A DNA stretch of 64,000 nt from Polyangium spumosum (GTDB taxonomy: Bacteria; Myxococcota_A; Polyangia; Polyangiales; Polyangiaceae): positions 96,685-160,684 of the forward strand of contig NZ_WJIE01000009.1 in NCBI RefSeq assembly GCF_009649845.1, given 5' to 3'. Position 1 is the first letter of the stretch. Each line of letters begins with the position of its first letter. This document shows, piece after piece, positions 9,901 through 18,048 of the stretch. The notes beneath the pieces are model-generated. The model made no database searches. It saw nothing but the letters and a program-made list of their open reading frames with translations, and was not told the origin of the DNA. The position numbers and the translations under genes were made by a program.

Positions 9901-11220
9901 GTGGGCGCCTATTGGCTCGCCCTCACCGAGGCCGCGCTCGGCAACAGGCAGGGCGCCGAGGCCCTCCTCAACGAGGCCATCAAGCTCGGCGGCGCGCAGC
10001 ACGAGCTCGTCGTCGCGTCTTACGTCGGGCTCGCGGAGATCCTCGCCGCCGTCGGCCGCGGCGACGAGGCGCAGGCCAAGCTCACCGAGGCGAGCGCCAA
10101 GTTCCCTGGCTTCGCCGCGCTCCACCGCGCCAAGGCCGAGGTCCACGTGGAGGCGGGCCGCTACCCCGAGGCGCGCGCCGAGTTCGAGGCGGCGCTCGCC
10201 AAGGAGGACGACCTCGCCACGCGCTTCCGCCTCGGCGTCACGCTCCGCCGCATGCGCGCCTTCGACGAATCGGCGAAGGTCTTCGACCAGGTCGCGGCCG
10301 TCGACAAGGAGTACCCGGGCCTCTCGCTCGAGCGCGGCCTCCTGTACGAGGAGACGGGCGAGAGCGAGCGCGCGCTCGAGATGTACGCGGCGGCGCTGGC
10401 GAAGGCGCCTTCGGACATCGACCTCAAGATGCGCGTCGGCTCGGCGCAGGTGATGGCGGGCCACGCGGCGCAGGCCGAGCCCATCTTGCGCGAGGTCCTG
10501 AAGGAGCGCGCCGGCTCCTCGGACGCGAACCATTTCCTCGGCCGCGCCCTGCTCATGAAGGGCGGCTCTTCGGCCGTGGGCGAGGCGATCCGGTTCCTCG
10601 AGCGCGCGACGGAGATCGACGGCAATCGCGCCGAGTATTTCCTTTACGTCGGCTGGGCGGCGAACACGCTCGGCCAGTTCCCGAAGGCCGAGATGGCCTT
10701 GAAGCGCGCGCTCGAGCTCGACCGCGAGCTCGCGGACGCCTACTGGCAACGCGGCGTCCTCCTCCACAAGCAGGGCCGCACCCTCGACGCATTGGCGGAC
10801 CTGGAGATTGCCTTGCAAAAGCGCCCCTCCCGGCACGAGGCGCACGCCACGATGGCGCTTTGTTATCAGGAGCTCGGCCGCTGGCCGGAGGCGCAAGCGG
10901 CGTGGCAAAAGGCGATCGCGGGTAATGGCTCGGTGGCCGAGTGGCATTACCGGCTGGGGAAGATCTTCGAATCGAACGGCAACAAGCTCGCCGCGACGCC
11001 GGAGCTCGACAAGGCCGTGGAGCTGCTCGCGCAGAAGGGCGGGGCCGTGGAGAGCTGGCACGCGGACGTGTACTTCCTCCACGGCGAGGCGATGCGCGCG
11101 ACGGGGCAAAAGGACAAGGCCGTGAAGAGCTACCTCCGATTCAAGGAGGTGGCCCCGATGGAGCATGCGTACCGGCCGGATGTGGACCGGGCGTTGATAT
11201 CGCTGGGGCAGGCGCCGTAG
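6940..11220 (+). CDS. MJ0042-type zinc-ribbon / Pro-rich repeat / single-TM / TPR protein (1426 aa); architecture reminiscent of GltJ/AgmX-class gliding-motility proteins
   Basis: ATG at 6940 (MSMVKVECDSCTSPYQV...MRCSKCGNSILV: CxxC...CxxC zinc ribbon), in frame with tracked ORF 5719..11220, whose 5' 1.2 kb is non-coding read-through. About 14 'FGEIDLP(A/S)P' motifs in a Pro/Ala linker (7300-8340). Hydrophobic segment RVYAIGAAVLFAIGGGALALL. C-terminal multiple TPR-like repeats. Confidence 0.8.
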   Translation: MSMVKVECDSCTSPYQVEERRIPAAGLKMRCSKCGNSILVKKPTDVAEEIDLPSPVAPRAKAGTEPLMPRPSPGKAPTAPLAPKPPVLPAVKPKPPAPAPKPAPKPEEATELDLWGADEDPGFGEIDLPSPAKPTVKQRAVSAPPADEEEIADLPVPAKPTVRQMPAAVHEFPLDDDEEEDAALAAIEMSSPSKPTVRQMTTPVTASLEVDLPSPSPTRAAPAKAAPPKRDDKPTAPARPAAKGFGEIDLPSPARPAAPKPPPQRPQEKPTAPARPAAKSEPDADLPAPARPTRKSAPEIDLPAPARPAPPAAKGFGEIDLPAPARPAPAAAKGFGEIDLPAPARPGPARRSSAALPAALREKPVSSFDLPAVAADAALDMGAFGEIDLPAPDLGGFGEIDLPAPEASFGDIELSLPPPAAAAPRAETSGKATSISSSVTAIAPPMSAVAAFDAGDFGELDLPLASDPPPAPLAAPPASPPRAAPPVTAGFELDDAAFDAAFADPPPPKAAAVAAPVITPMPASTRAAAPVSKPGEEFSLGEPDMDLSTGAPISVGAETQRAEPLVVEAPPAPPPESDGIGDEVDLAPGSSASLDALARRDKAPKSLARPDSEPRRRGRGRVYAIGAAVLFAIGGGALALLPDIGPFGAHAVSDLLNASAHADALAALERTTQATLDEDTAAAAARAIEAAKAAQLARPRHRATAAYAAYVAFARSIRHGRRGDDETLGKQLLGQTEEPSRERTLAVAAQHALAGRLEPARRLTKDALDASPNDIDAAVLLGEIELASNATADALVAWKRAVSIRSGARSLFGLARAELRKGDLAAAEKAARAALEASPKHAAARALLAAILGRDKAKEAEALELLGKVTAEGDVRASGSERELVDAYVETGLIHLARSRITAAEQAFAAALAIDPRDVDALVGHGELFYRSSRYSQALLRFEEAMRADETSVAARAGATKTLVALERPKDAKVLAEKLRKDKPDLAVGAYWLALTEAALGNRQGAEALLNEAIKLGGAQHELVVASYVGLAEILAAVGRGDEAQAKLTEASAKFPGFAALHRAKAEVHVEAGRYPEARAEFEAALAKEDDLATRFRLGVTLRRMRAFDESAKVFDQVAAVDKEYPGLSLERGLLYEETGESERALEMYAAALAKAPSDIDLKMRVGSAQVMAGHAAQAEPILREVLKERAGSSDANHFLGRALLMKGGSSAVGEAIRFLERATEIDGNRAEYFLYVGWAANTLGQFPKAEMALKRALELDRELADAYWQRGVLLHKQGRTLDALADLEIALQKRPSRHEAHATMALCYQELGRWPEAQAAWQKAIAGNGSVAEWHYRLGKIFESNGNKLAATPELDKAVELLAQKGGAVESWHADVYFLHGEAMRATGQKDKAVKSYLRFKEVAPMEHAYRPDVDRALISLGQAP

Positions 11221-11293
11221 GCGGGGGCGGGAGCGGAGGCGCAAACGCGGAGCGGGTCAGCTCCGGCGGCGGCGCGCGAGGACCATTTCCGGA

Positions 11294-11515
11294 TCACTTC
11301 ACGAACAGATCCGCATACGTGAGCGCCACCCGGCCCTCGGCGTCGACGAGCCGGACCACCTCCCCGCGCCCGTCCCCGTCCGCGTCGTCGAGCTCTGACC
11401 CCTGCTCGAGCCCGAGCGGCCCGTTGAGGTACCACGCCGAGAGCCCTTCGTGCCGGTACGAGACCCAGCCTTGCGTTTTTTGAAGAGCGCGCGCCGGGGA
11501 GGATGCGACCGTCAA
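11294..11515 (-). CDS. possible small ORF or gene remnant with FG-GAP-like fragment (LDDADGDGRGEVV)
   Basis: 73-aa ORF convergent with the zinc-ribbon/TPR gene. Composition plausible, but no start-context or homology support. Confidence 0.25.
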   Translation of the reverse strand: MTVASSPARALQKTQGWVSYRHEGLSAWYLNGPLGLEQGSELDDADGDGRGEVVRLVDAEGRVALTYADLFVK

Positions 11516-11658
11516 TGCATCCGCCTGCTCATCTTGCCGTTCGTGGATAGTTCGCTGCCGATTTTGGACAGGCGAATGGAGGATATGCAGCTTGACGTGC
11601 CCGAATGTGTCTGTAACAGTCGCCGCCGAAAAGCTCGAATCGCGCGGAGAGGTTCAGA

Positions 11659-13239
11659 ATGACGAAGGCATCCATGACACCCCTATTGCTCGCTCTGCTG
11701 GCGGGCGGCTCGCTCGGCTGCGAGACCGGCGAAGGAGGCGGGAGCGGCGGCCAAGGCGGCCAAGGTGGCCAAGGCGGCCAAGGCGGCCAAGGCGGCCAAG
11801 GTGGCGGCACGTGCACCCCCGAGGACGACGGCAATCCCTGCACGGAGGACGTCTGCGAGGACGGCGTGCCCACGCATGCGCCCACGGCCGCGGGGACCAC
11901 CTTGCCCGATCAGGTGAGCGGTGATTGCCAGCAGGCCGTGTGCGACGGCAATGGCACCGTGACCCAGCAAAATGACGACGCCGACCTGCCGCCGGACGAC
12001 GCGGACCCCTGCAAGGTGCCCGCGTGCAGCGCCGGTCAGCCCGCCATGGCCGACGCGCCGGACGGTACCACCTGCGGGGAGGGCGACGCGTGCACGCCGA
12101 CGTATACCTGCCAGGCCGGCATGTGCCACGGGGACTCGCTCGTCTGCGGCGCGAACGAGGGCTGCGACGCGGGCGCGTGCGTCTGCTTGGTCGGCCCTTA
12201 CAAGCCCGTCGGCACGACCGTCGCCATGGCGCCCGAGAACGGGGATACCGAGGTCGCGGATCTGGATGGAGACGGCAAGCTCGATTTGATCACCGTCGAG
12301 AGCAAGTTCGACGGCGCCGGCAATGTCAGCGTGCGCCTCGGCCTGGGCGACGGCACGTTTGGCCCGCTGGTTCAATACGCCGTCGCGATGAGCCACGGCG
12401 TCACCGCGGCGGACGTGAACGGCGACGGCAAGCCGGACGTCGCGCTCGTCGGCGCCCAGAGCAACAACGTGCACGTGCTGCTGAACCAGGGCGATGGCAC
12501 CCTCGCCGCTGCCGTGGGTTACCCGACGAACGGGTTCCCGTATTACATCGCGGCCGCGGACGTGAACGACGACGGCGCGGTCGACCTCGCCGTCGCGTAC
12601 CTCTCCGACAGCAACGTGAGCGTGTTCCTCAACCAGGGCGCCGGCACGTTCGCGGCCAAGGCCGACTACCTGATCGCGGGCTTTGGCGGCTCCGACGGTC
12701 TCAGGGCCGGGGACCTCGACGGCGACGGCAAACCCGACCTCGTGTACTTGCGCGACGACGCGGCCCACGTCCTCCTCAACCAGGGCGACGGCACGTTCGG
12801 CGCCGCGACGTCCTACCCCGTGGGCTTTGGCATTCGCGCCGTGGACATCGCCGATCTGAACGCCGACGGGAGCCTCGATCTCGCGGCGGCCTACTTCAAC
12901 GGAGGTGCCGCCAACGGCATGGGCGTGCTCCTCAACCAGGGCAACGGCACGTTCGCCGCCGCGGTCGACCATGCCGTCACCTTTGGCGCCACCGGCATCG
13001 CGGCCGGTGACATCGACGGCGACGGCGACCCGGACCTCACCGTCGCTAGCCCGAGCAACACCACCTTGTCGGTGTTCCTCAACGCGGGGGACGCGAGCTT
13101 CGGCGCGCCGACCACGTACGCCATGGCAAACGGCGCCTACGGCATGACGGCGGGCGATCTGAACGCGGACGGCCGGTCGGACTTCCTCATCGGGGGCATC
13201 GGCGCCGTGCAGGTGTTCCTCTCGACCTGCGCGCCCTGA
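11659..13239 (+). CDS. FG-GAP/VCBS-repeat (integrin-alpha-like beta-propeller) lipoprotein
   Basis: Signal peptide plus lipobox (LLAGGSLGC). (GGQ)n linker. Cys-rich module. Repeated DxDGDGKxD...LLNQGDGTF motifs typical of FG-GAP repeats. Confidence 0.85.
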   Translation: MTKASMTPLLLALLAGGSLGCETGEGGGSGGQGGQGGQGGQGGQGGQGGGTCTPEDDGNPCTEDVCEDGVPTHAPTAAGTTLPDQVSGDCQQAVCDGNGTVTQQNDDADLPPDDADPCKVPACSAGQPAMADAPDGTTCGEGDACTPTYTCQAGMCHGDSLVCGANEGCDAGACVCLVGPYKPVGTTVAMAPENGDTEVADLDGDGKLDLITVESKFDGAGNVSVRLGLGDGTFGPLVQYAVAMSHGVTAADVNGDGKPDVALVGAQSNNVHVLLNQGDGTLAAAVGYPTNGFPYYIAAADVNDDGAVDLAVAYLSDSNVSVFLNQGAGTFAAKADYLIAGFGGSDGLRAGDLDGDGKPDLVYLRDDAAHVLLNQGDGTFGAATSYPVGFGIRAVDIADLNADGSLDLAAAYFNGGAANGMGVLLNQGNGTFAAAVDHAVTFGATGIAAGDIDGDGDPDLTVASPSNTTLSVFLNAGDASFGAPTTYAMANGAYGMTAGDLNADGRSDFLIGGIGAVQVFLSTCAP

Positions 13240-13284
13240 CGCGCCGCGCCCGCCGCGCCTGCGCCCGCGCGCGCTCGTGAACGT

Positions 13285-14364
13285 TCACGGCCGGCGTCGC
13301 GGCTGCAGGCGCGGCAGGCCCGCGGCCGCGCGCCCCGCGGACAACGTCGCGGAGGGGCTCTCGCCGAACCGGCGCTTGTATTCGACGCTGAATCGCCCTG
13401 GATGACCGAGCCCGAGCGCGGCCATGACGCTCGCGACCGATGTACTGGCCGAGGGCTCGGCCAGGTGGCGGCGCGCGAGCTCGAACCGGCGCCGACGCAG
13501 GAAATCCATCGGGGGCATTCCCCGGCACGCCACGAAGGCTGCCCGGAGGGACCGCTCCGGCGCGCCTGCCGCGGCGACGATGTCGGCCAGGGTGATGGGC
13601 TCCGCGGCGTGCGCGGCCATGAATTCCTCCGCCCTGCGGACGCAATCCGGGGCCACGCGCGGCTGCGGCGCATCGAGGATCGCCGAATGGTTGTGCCGGG
13701 TGTGTACGAGGAGGCTCGTGAAGAGCGCGCCACGCAGCGCGCCGAGCACCATCGGCGAGGCCCATGGCTGCTCGATCTGGCGGCGAAAGAGCTGCGCGAC
13801 CTCGTGTACCGTGCTCCCCGGTCCGTCCTCGAGGTCGAGCGCCACATCGAAGCAGATCGGGCCGCGCAGCGCAGCGCCCGTGAGCGCGGCGAAGTGGGCG
13901 TCGAGCGCTCCGCGATCGATCACCAGGGTCCGCCCGTGAAACGCCGCGGTGACATCGATGAAGCAGGACCGCCCTGGTGAAAACAGCGCACCCCGCCGGC
14001 CCGGCGCGACGTGGAAGGGCTCGCCCGCGTGGTCACCGGCGCTCTCTCCTTCGTCCGAGAGACACAGGATGTAGTGCTCCCCGCTGTCCGGCAGGGAGGC
14101 CTGCCCTCCGCCGGCCCAGTCGCCCATCACGACACGGGTCGCGCCGAAGGAGACGAAGCCCAGCGCACAGCCGAAAGTTTGGTCGCGCTTGGGCTCGAGG
14201 GTCGCCTCTGCATAAACGTGGCTGAAGACCTCCCGGGCCTCGCCGACGTCGCTGGTGCACACGAGCTGAGCCCGCGCAATCCCGGCCTCCTGCGCCGCCG
14301 TGGCGCGCGAGGGCCCTTCAGCTCGAGGGCTTGTTCGGTCGAACCGACGCGCACCATCCGGCAT
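13285..14364 (-). CDS. AraC-family transcriptional regulator (start uncertain)
   Basis: C-terminal twin HTH (ITLADIVAAAGAPERSLRAAF...MPPMDFLRRRRFELARRHL...SVASVMAALGLGHPGRFSVEYKRRFGESP). N-terminal ligand-binding-like region. Confidence 0.75.
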   Translation of the reverse strand: MPDGARRFDRTSPRAEGPSRATAAQEAGIARAQLVCTSDVGEAREVFSHVYAEATLEPKRDQTFGCALGFVSFGATRVVMGDWAGGGQASLPDSGEHYILCLSDEGESAGDHAGEPFHVAPGRRGALFSPGRSCFIDVTAAFHGRTLVIDRGALDAHFAALTGAALRGPICFDVALDLEDGPGSTVHEVAQLFRRQIEQPWASPMVLGALRGALFTSLLVHTRHNHSAILDAPQPRVAPDCVRRAEEFMAAHAAEPITLADIVAAAGAPERSLRAAFVACRGMPPMDFLRRRRFELARRHLAEPSASTSVASVMAALGLGHPGRFSVEYKRRFGESPSATLSAGRAAAGLPRLQPRRRP

Positions 14365-14443
14365 TGGCGAGGAAGGAAGCGCAAGTATTTCGAGGATGTC
14401 AAGCGATTGCGAGCCCTGCGCACGTCCTCCCTCAGCCCGTCCT

Positions 14444-14715
14444 CATCCTCCCGCAGGCTGATTTCATCCTCCCGCAGGCTGAACGCATCCTCCCGCCAGG
14501 CCGATTTCATCCTCCCGCCGGGCTGACCTCATCCTCTCGCAGGCTGATTTCCTCCTCCCGCCAGGCAGACCTCATCCTCCCGCAGGCAGACCTCATCCTC
14601 CCGCCAGACCGACCTCATCCTCCCGCCAGACCGACCTCATCCTCCCGCAGGCAGACCTCATCCTCCCGCAGGCTGATTTCATCCTCCCGCATGCAGACCT
14701 CATCCTCCCTCCCTG
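14444..14715. repeat. minisatellite: about 13 tandem copies of a degenerate 21-22 bp unit (CATCCTCCCGCAGGCTGATTT / ...CCGCCAGACCGACCT)
   Basis: Read directly in the sequence. Lies in the intergenic region between the divergent AraC gene and the small gene at 14790. No unique spacers, so it is not CRISPR. Confidence 0.85.
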
Positions 14716-14789
14716 ACGAGATCGTGCTGCCCCTGAAGGAAATCTCCGTCGCCGGCGTCTCTCCCGCACCCCAACAACGGAGGTGCTCG

Positions 14790-15287
14790 ATGACGACGAC
14801 GTACGCCCCTTATACAGGCCCCATGGACGCGACCCTCACCGACGTGCAGGACGACCTCGTCGACCTCGCCGCTGGAGCCTCCAAAGGCTTCCGCGGCGTC
14901 CAGCCCGGGATCGAAGGTGTCTGCGACGAGCTCGCGGGCTCCGTCGCCGTGTTCGGCGAGGCCGCCGGCATCTCCCCCAAGCTCTACGAGCGGTTCGTCG
15001 GCGAGACCAAGAGCATCGACGCCCTCGTGAAGAAGGAGGCCATCCTCGAGAAGATGCTCGAGGCCACCCGCGAGTCCCGCCGCCTCAAGACCCACCAGCG
15101 CGAGAACACCATCGCCCAGATGGTCGACATCACGAAATCCACCGCCCAGCGCACCGGCGACAAGGCCCTCCTCGCCCCCTTCGAGAAGACCATCCGCTAC
15201 AACGCCCAGACCGCGCTCCGGGCCGCCAAGACCCGCCGCAAGAACAAGGCCGCGAAATCGGAGGCCCCGTCAAGCTCCGAAGCGTGA
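14790..15287 (+). CDS. hypothetical helical protein (165 aa), immediately upstream and co-oriented with tssJ
   Basis: GGAGGTG RBS 6-12 nt upstream of ATG at 14790. Balanced amino-acid composition. The upstream part of tracked ORF 14331..15287 runs through the minisatellite and is rejected. Confidence 0.6.
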   Translation: MTTTYAPYTGPMDATLTDVQDDLVDLAAGASKGFRGVQPGIEGVCDELAGSVAVFGEAAGISPKLYERFVGETKSIDALVKKEAILEKMLEATRESRRLKTHQRENTIAQMVDITKSTAQRTGDKALLAPFEKTIRYNAQTALRAAKTRRKNKAAKSEAPSSSEA

Positions 15288-15456
15288 GCCCGCCCGGGCC
15301 CCGCCTCGCCCCGCTCGCCTCCTCCCGCCCCCCCGTCCCGCCCCCTCGGCCACCCCACAGCCGTCCTCTCTAACCCATCGTTTCCATTCTCCTCCGCGCC
15401 CCGTCTTCGCGACTTTGTAGACCCGTCCCGCACGATCGCTCTACCCTTCACGTCGC

Positions 15457-15957
15457 ATGGCCTCCTCCAGGCACCGTCCGGGCGGGACGACGAGCAGGGC
15501 GCGATTCATCGTGGCCCTCGCCTCGTGCCTTGCCCTCTCGAGCCTCGGCTGCTCCGCGGGCCCCCCGCCGACGCGTTTTCTCGTCGAGGTCGCCATCACC
15601 GCCAGGGCGAACCGCAATTCGCCCGTCCCCATGACCCTCGTCGCGGTCCAGGAGCCGAAGCTCTTCGACCAGATCGTCAAGCTCACCGCCAAGCAGTGGT
15701 ACGACCAGCGCGAGCAGATGCGCCGGGATTATCCGAGCGGCACCGCCTTCACCGAGTGGGATTGGGAGTTCGTCCCCGGCCAGTCGCCCCCGCCCGTGGT
15801 CGTCGAGGTCGACGGCAAGGCCGTCGGCGCCGTCATCTTTGCCAATTATCGCTCGCCCGGCGATCATCGCTTCCGGATCGGCCCGCAGCGCCGCATGCGC
15901 GTCGACCTCGGTGACGATGATCTCGTCGTGAGCCCCCTCGATGCTCCGGAGGAATGA
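15457..15957 (+). CDS. tssJ: type VI secretion lipoprotein TssJ
   Basis: 166 aa. Lipobox (LSSLGCS). Size and internal pattern (ARANRNSPVPMTLVAVQEPKLFDQ...RFRIGPQRRMRVDL) match TssJ/SciN. First gene of the T6SS operon; 4-nt overlap with tssK. Confidence 0.8.
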   Translation: MASSRHRPGGTTSRARFIVALASCLALSSLGCSAGPPPTRFLVEVAITARANRNSPVPMTLVAVQEPKLFDQIVKLTAKQWYDQREQMRRDYPSGTAFTEWDWEFVPGQSPPPVVVEVDGKAVGAVIFANYRSPGDHRFRIGPQRRMRVDLGDDDLVVSPLDAPEE

Positions 15958-17288
15958 GCATGCGCGCCGACGACATTCCGCTCGCGATTCAATGGCACGA
16001 CGGGATGCTCCTGTCGCCGCAGCACTTCCAGGAGGCCGATCGCAGGGCCGAGCGCCTCCTCGCTTATCACCTCGGCCAGGCGAGCCCCTACCACCACGGC
16101 ATCGTCACCCTCAAGCTCGCCGAGGGCACCCTCGCGAGTGGCCTGCTCCGCGTCCAGCACGTCGAGGCCATCATGCCCGACGGCACCCTCGTCCATCACG
16201 TCGCCGGCAAGCACGACCTCTCCGTCGACCTGCGCCCCCACGCCGCGCTCGTCCATCACGCGCCCGCCACCGTCTACCTCGCCGTCCCGCGCGCGCAGAT
16301 GGCCGTCTCCGCCTCCGCCGCCGACCTCGCGCGCCACCGCTCCGCCGAGGGCGCCGCCGTCGTCGACGAGCACACCGGCGAGGACCCGCTCGAGATCCCC
16401 CGCATCGCCCCGAGCTGCCGCCTGCTCGTCGCCGCCGAGCCGCCCCCGCGCCTCGTCTGCTTGCCCATCGCCCAGGTCCGCCTCGAAGGCGAGGCCTTCG
16501 TCGCCACCGACTACATCCCGCCCACGCTCGGCGTCGCCCAGGGCTCGCCGCTCGACGAGATGTGCCAGCGCCTCACCGGCCGCCTGCGCGAGAAGGCCAT
16601 GCGCCTCGCCGAGAAGTCGAACTTCCTCTCCCGCACCACCGATCGCGAGCTCATCGGCGAGATCCGGCGCCAGATCCAGTGCCTCGTCGCCGCGCTCCCG
16701 CCCTTCGAGGCCGTCCTCTATTCCGAGCGCCCGCACCCCTTCAGCCTCTTCGTCGCGCTCACCGGCCTCGTCGGGCAGATCTCCTCCCTCGCGCGTACAC
16801 CCGTCCCGCCGCTCCTGCCCCGCTACCGGCACGACGACCTGCGCGCGACCTTCGAGACCGCCCGCGATCACATCTTCCGCATGGTCGACGAGGGCATCAT
16901 CGAGTCCTTCACCGCGTACCCCTTCGACCTCAAGGAGGGGAAGTACAACGTCCTCTTCCAGCGCGAGTTCCGCACGCGCGCCCTCGTCGTCGCCGTCCGT
17001 GTCCAGCGCGGCGTGCGCGAGGATCAGCTCCTCAACTGGATGAACGGCGCGCTCATCGGCGCCCCGGCCCGCCTGCGTACCATGCAGGAGAGCCGCATCC
17101 TCGGCGCGGGTCGCAAGCGCGTCGAGCGCTGCGGCGACCTCGTCGCCACGCCCGGGACCTTGCTCTTCGAGCTCGAAGAGCAGAGCGTCTACCTCGACCC
17201 GGGCGAGCCGCTCACCTTGTGCAACACGGCCGATCCGACGGGGCAGAGCGGCCCCTCCGAGGCGGTCCTCTACGTGAAGAGCGGGTAA
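15954..17288 (+). CDS. tssK: type VI secretion baseplate protein TssK
   Basis: N-terminus IQWHDGMLLSPQHFQEADRRAERLL is the TssK signature; 444 aa. Confidence 0.9.
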   Translation: MSMRADDIPLAIQWHDGMLLSPQHFQEADRRAERLLAYHLGQASPYHHGIVTLKLAEGTLASGLLRVQHVEAIMPDGTLVHHVAGKHDLSVDLRPHAALVHHAPATVYLAVPRAQMAVSASAADLARHRSAEGAAVVDEHTGEDPLEIPRIAPSCRLLVAAEPPPRLVCLPIAQVRLEGEAFVATDYIPPTLGVAQGSPLDEMCQRLTGRLREKAMRLAEKSNFLSRTTDRELIGEIRRQIQCLVAALPPFEAVLYSERPHPFSLFVALTGLVGQISSLARTPVPPLLPRYRHDDLRATFETARDHIFRMVDEGIIESFTAYPFDLKEGKYNVLFQREFRTRALVVAVRVQRGVREDQLLNWMNGALIGAPARLRTMQESRILGAGRKRVERCGDLVATPGTLLFELEEQSVYLDPGEPLTLCNTADPTGQSGPSEAVLYVKSG

Positions 17289-17295
17289 CGGGCCG

Positions 17296-18048
17296 ATGGC
17301 TTCTCCGGGACGACCCGCGCTCAGCTCGAAGCACGCGACGCACCGCGACCAGCGCGTCCTCGTCGACGCGTTCTGCAACTTCCACGCGGACGTCGTCACG
17401 CAGAAGCGCCTCGTGGTCGCCTCGGGCGGCGCCCTCCCCCACGACGCCATCCAGCAGCGCCTGCTCGACGCCTTCGAGCAGCAGGCGAGCAAGATCCAGG
17501 GCTCGCTCCCCGAGCACGAGCGCCGCCTCTTCGAGGAGACCCGCTACGTCATGATCGCCATGGCCGACGAGGTCTTCCTCCACCTCGACTGGCCCGGCCG
17601 CGCGCCCTGGGCCGACAAACCCCTCGAGTCGGTCGTCTTCCAGACCCGCGACTCGGGCGACCGCTTCTTCAACCGCATCGACGACGCCCTCTACGGCCGC
17701 GCGCCTGCCTCCTCGCAGCTCCTCACCGTCTACCTCACGGCCCTCGCCCTCGGCTTCCGCGGCCGTTACGCGCCCCTCGGCACCGGCGAGCCCGAGACCT
17801 ACCGCGCCCGCATCGTCGACTTCCTCGCCCGCACCGATCCCGAGATCGTCCGCGGCGAAGACCTCTGCCCCCAGGCGCACGAGCACACCGCGACGGACGC
17901 GCCGCTGAAGCGCTTGCCCTCCCTCTCCCGAGGCCTCTTGCCGTTCCTCGTCGTCCTGCTCGGCTGGATCGTCATCGGCGAGATCCTCTGGCTCTATCGC
18001 ACGGCCGAGCTCGACAAGGTGCTCGACCGCATCGAGGGCGCCTCGTGA
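17296..18048 (+). CDS. tssL: type VI secretion membrane protein TssL (DotU/IcmH family); no peptidoglycan-binding extension
   Basis: DotU-like core (LLTVYLTALALGFRGRY) followed by a C-terminal TM helix; 250 aa. Confidence 0.85.
   Translation: MASPGRPALSSKHATHRDQRVLVDAFCNFHADVVTQKRLVVASGGALPHDAIQQRLLDAFEQQASKIQGSLPEHERRLFEETRYVMIAMADEVFLHLDWPGRAPWADKPLESVVFQTRDSGDRFFNRIDDALYGRAPASSQLLTVYLTALALGFRGRYAPLGTGEPETYRARIVDFLARTDPEIVRGEDLCPQAHEHTATDAPLKRLPSLSRGLLPFLVVLLGWIVIGEILWLYRTAELDKVLDRIEGAS

Noticed and set aside
6744-11244. Minus-strand ORFs 6744..8744 (666 aa) and 7900..11244 (1114 aa)
   Set aside because: Gly/Arg/Ala-rich low-complexity translations antisense to the zinc-ribbon/TPR gene; no start-context support.
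14444-14715. Possible CRISPR array
   Set aside because: The repeats are directly adjacent with no unique spacers, unit length varies 21-23 bp, and there are no cas genes. It is a minisatellite.
14331-14789. Upstream extension of ORF 14331..15287 through the minisatellite
   Set aside because: A clear RBS plus ATG at 14790. The extension is low-complexity and frame-shifting repeat units make sustained coding implausible.
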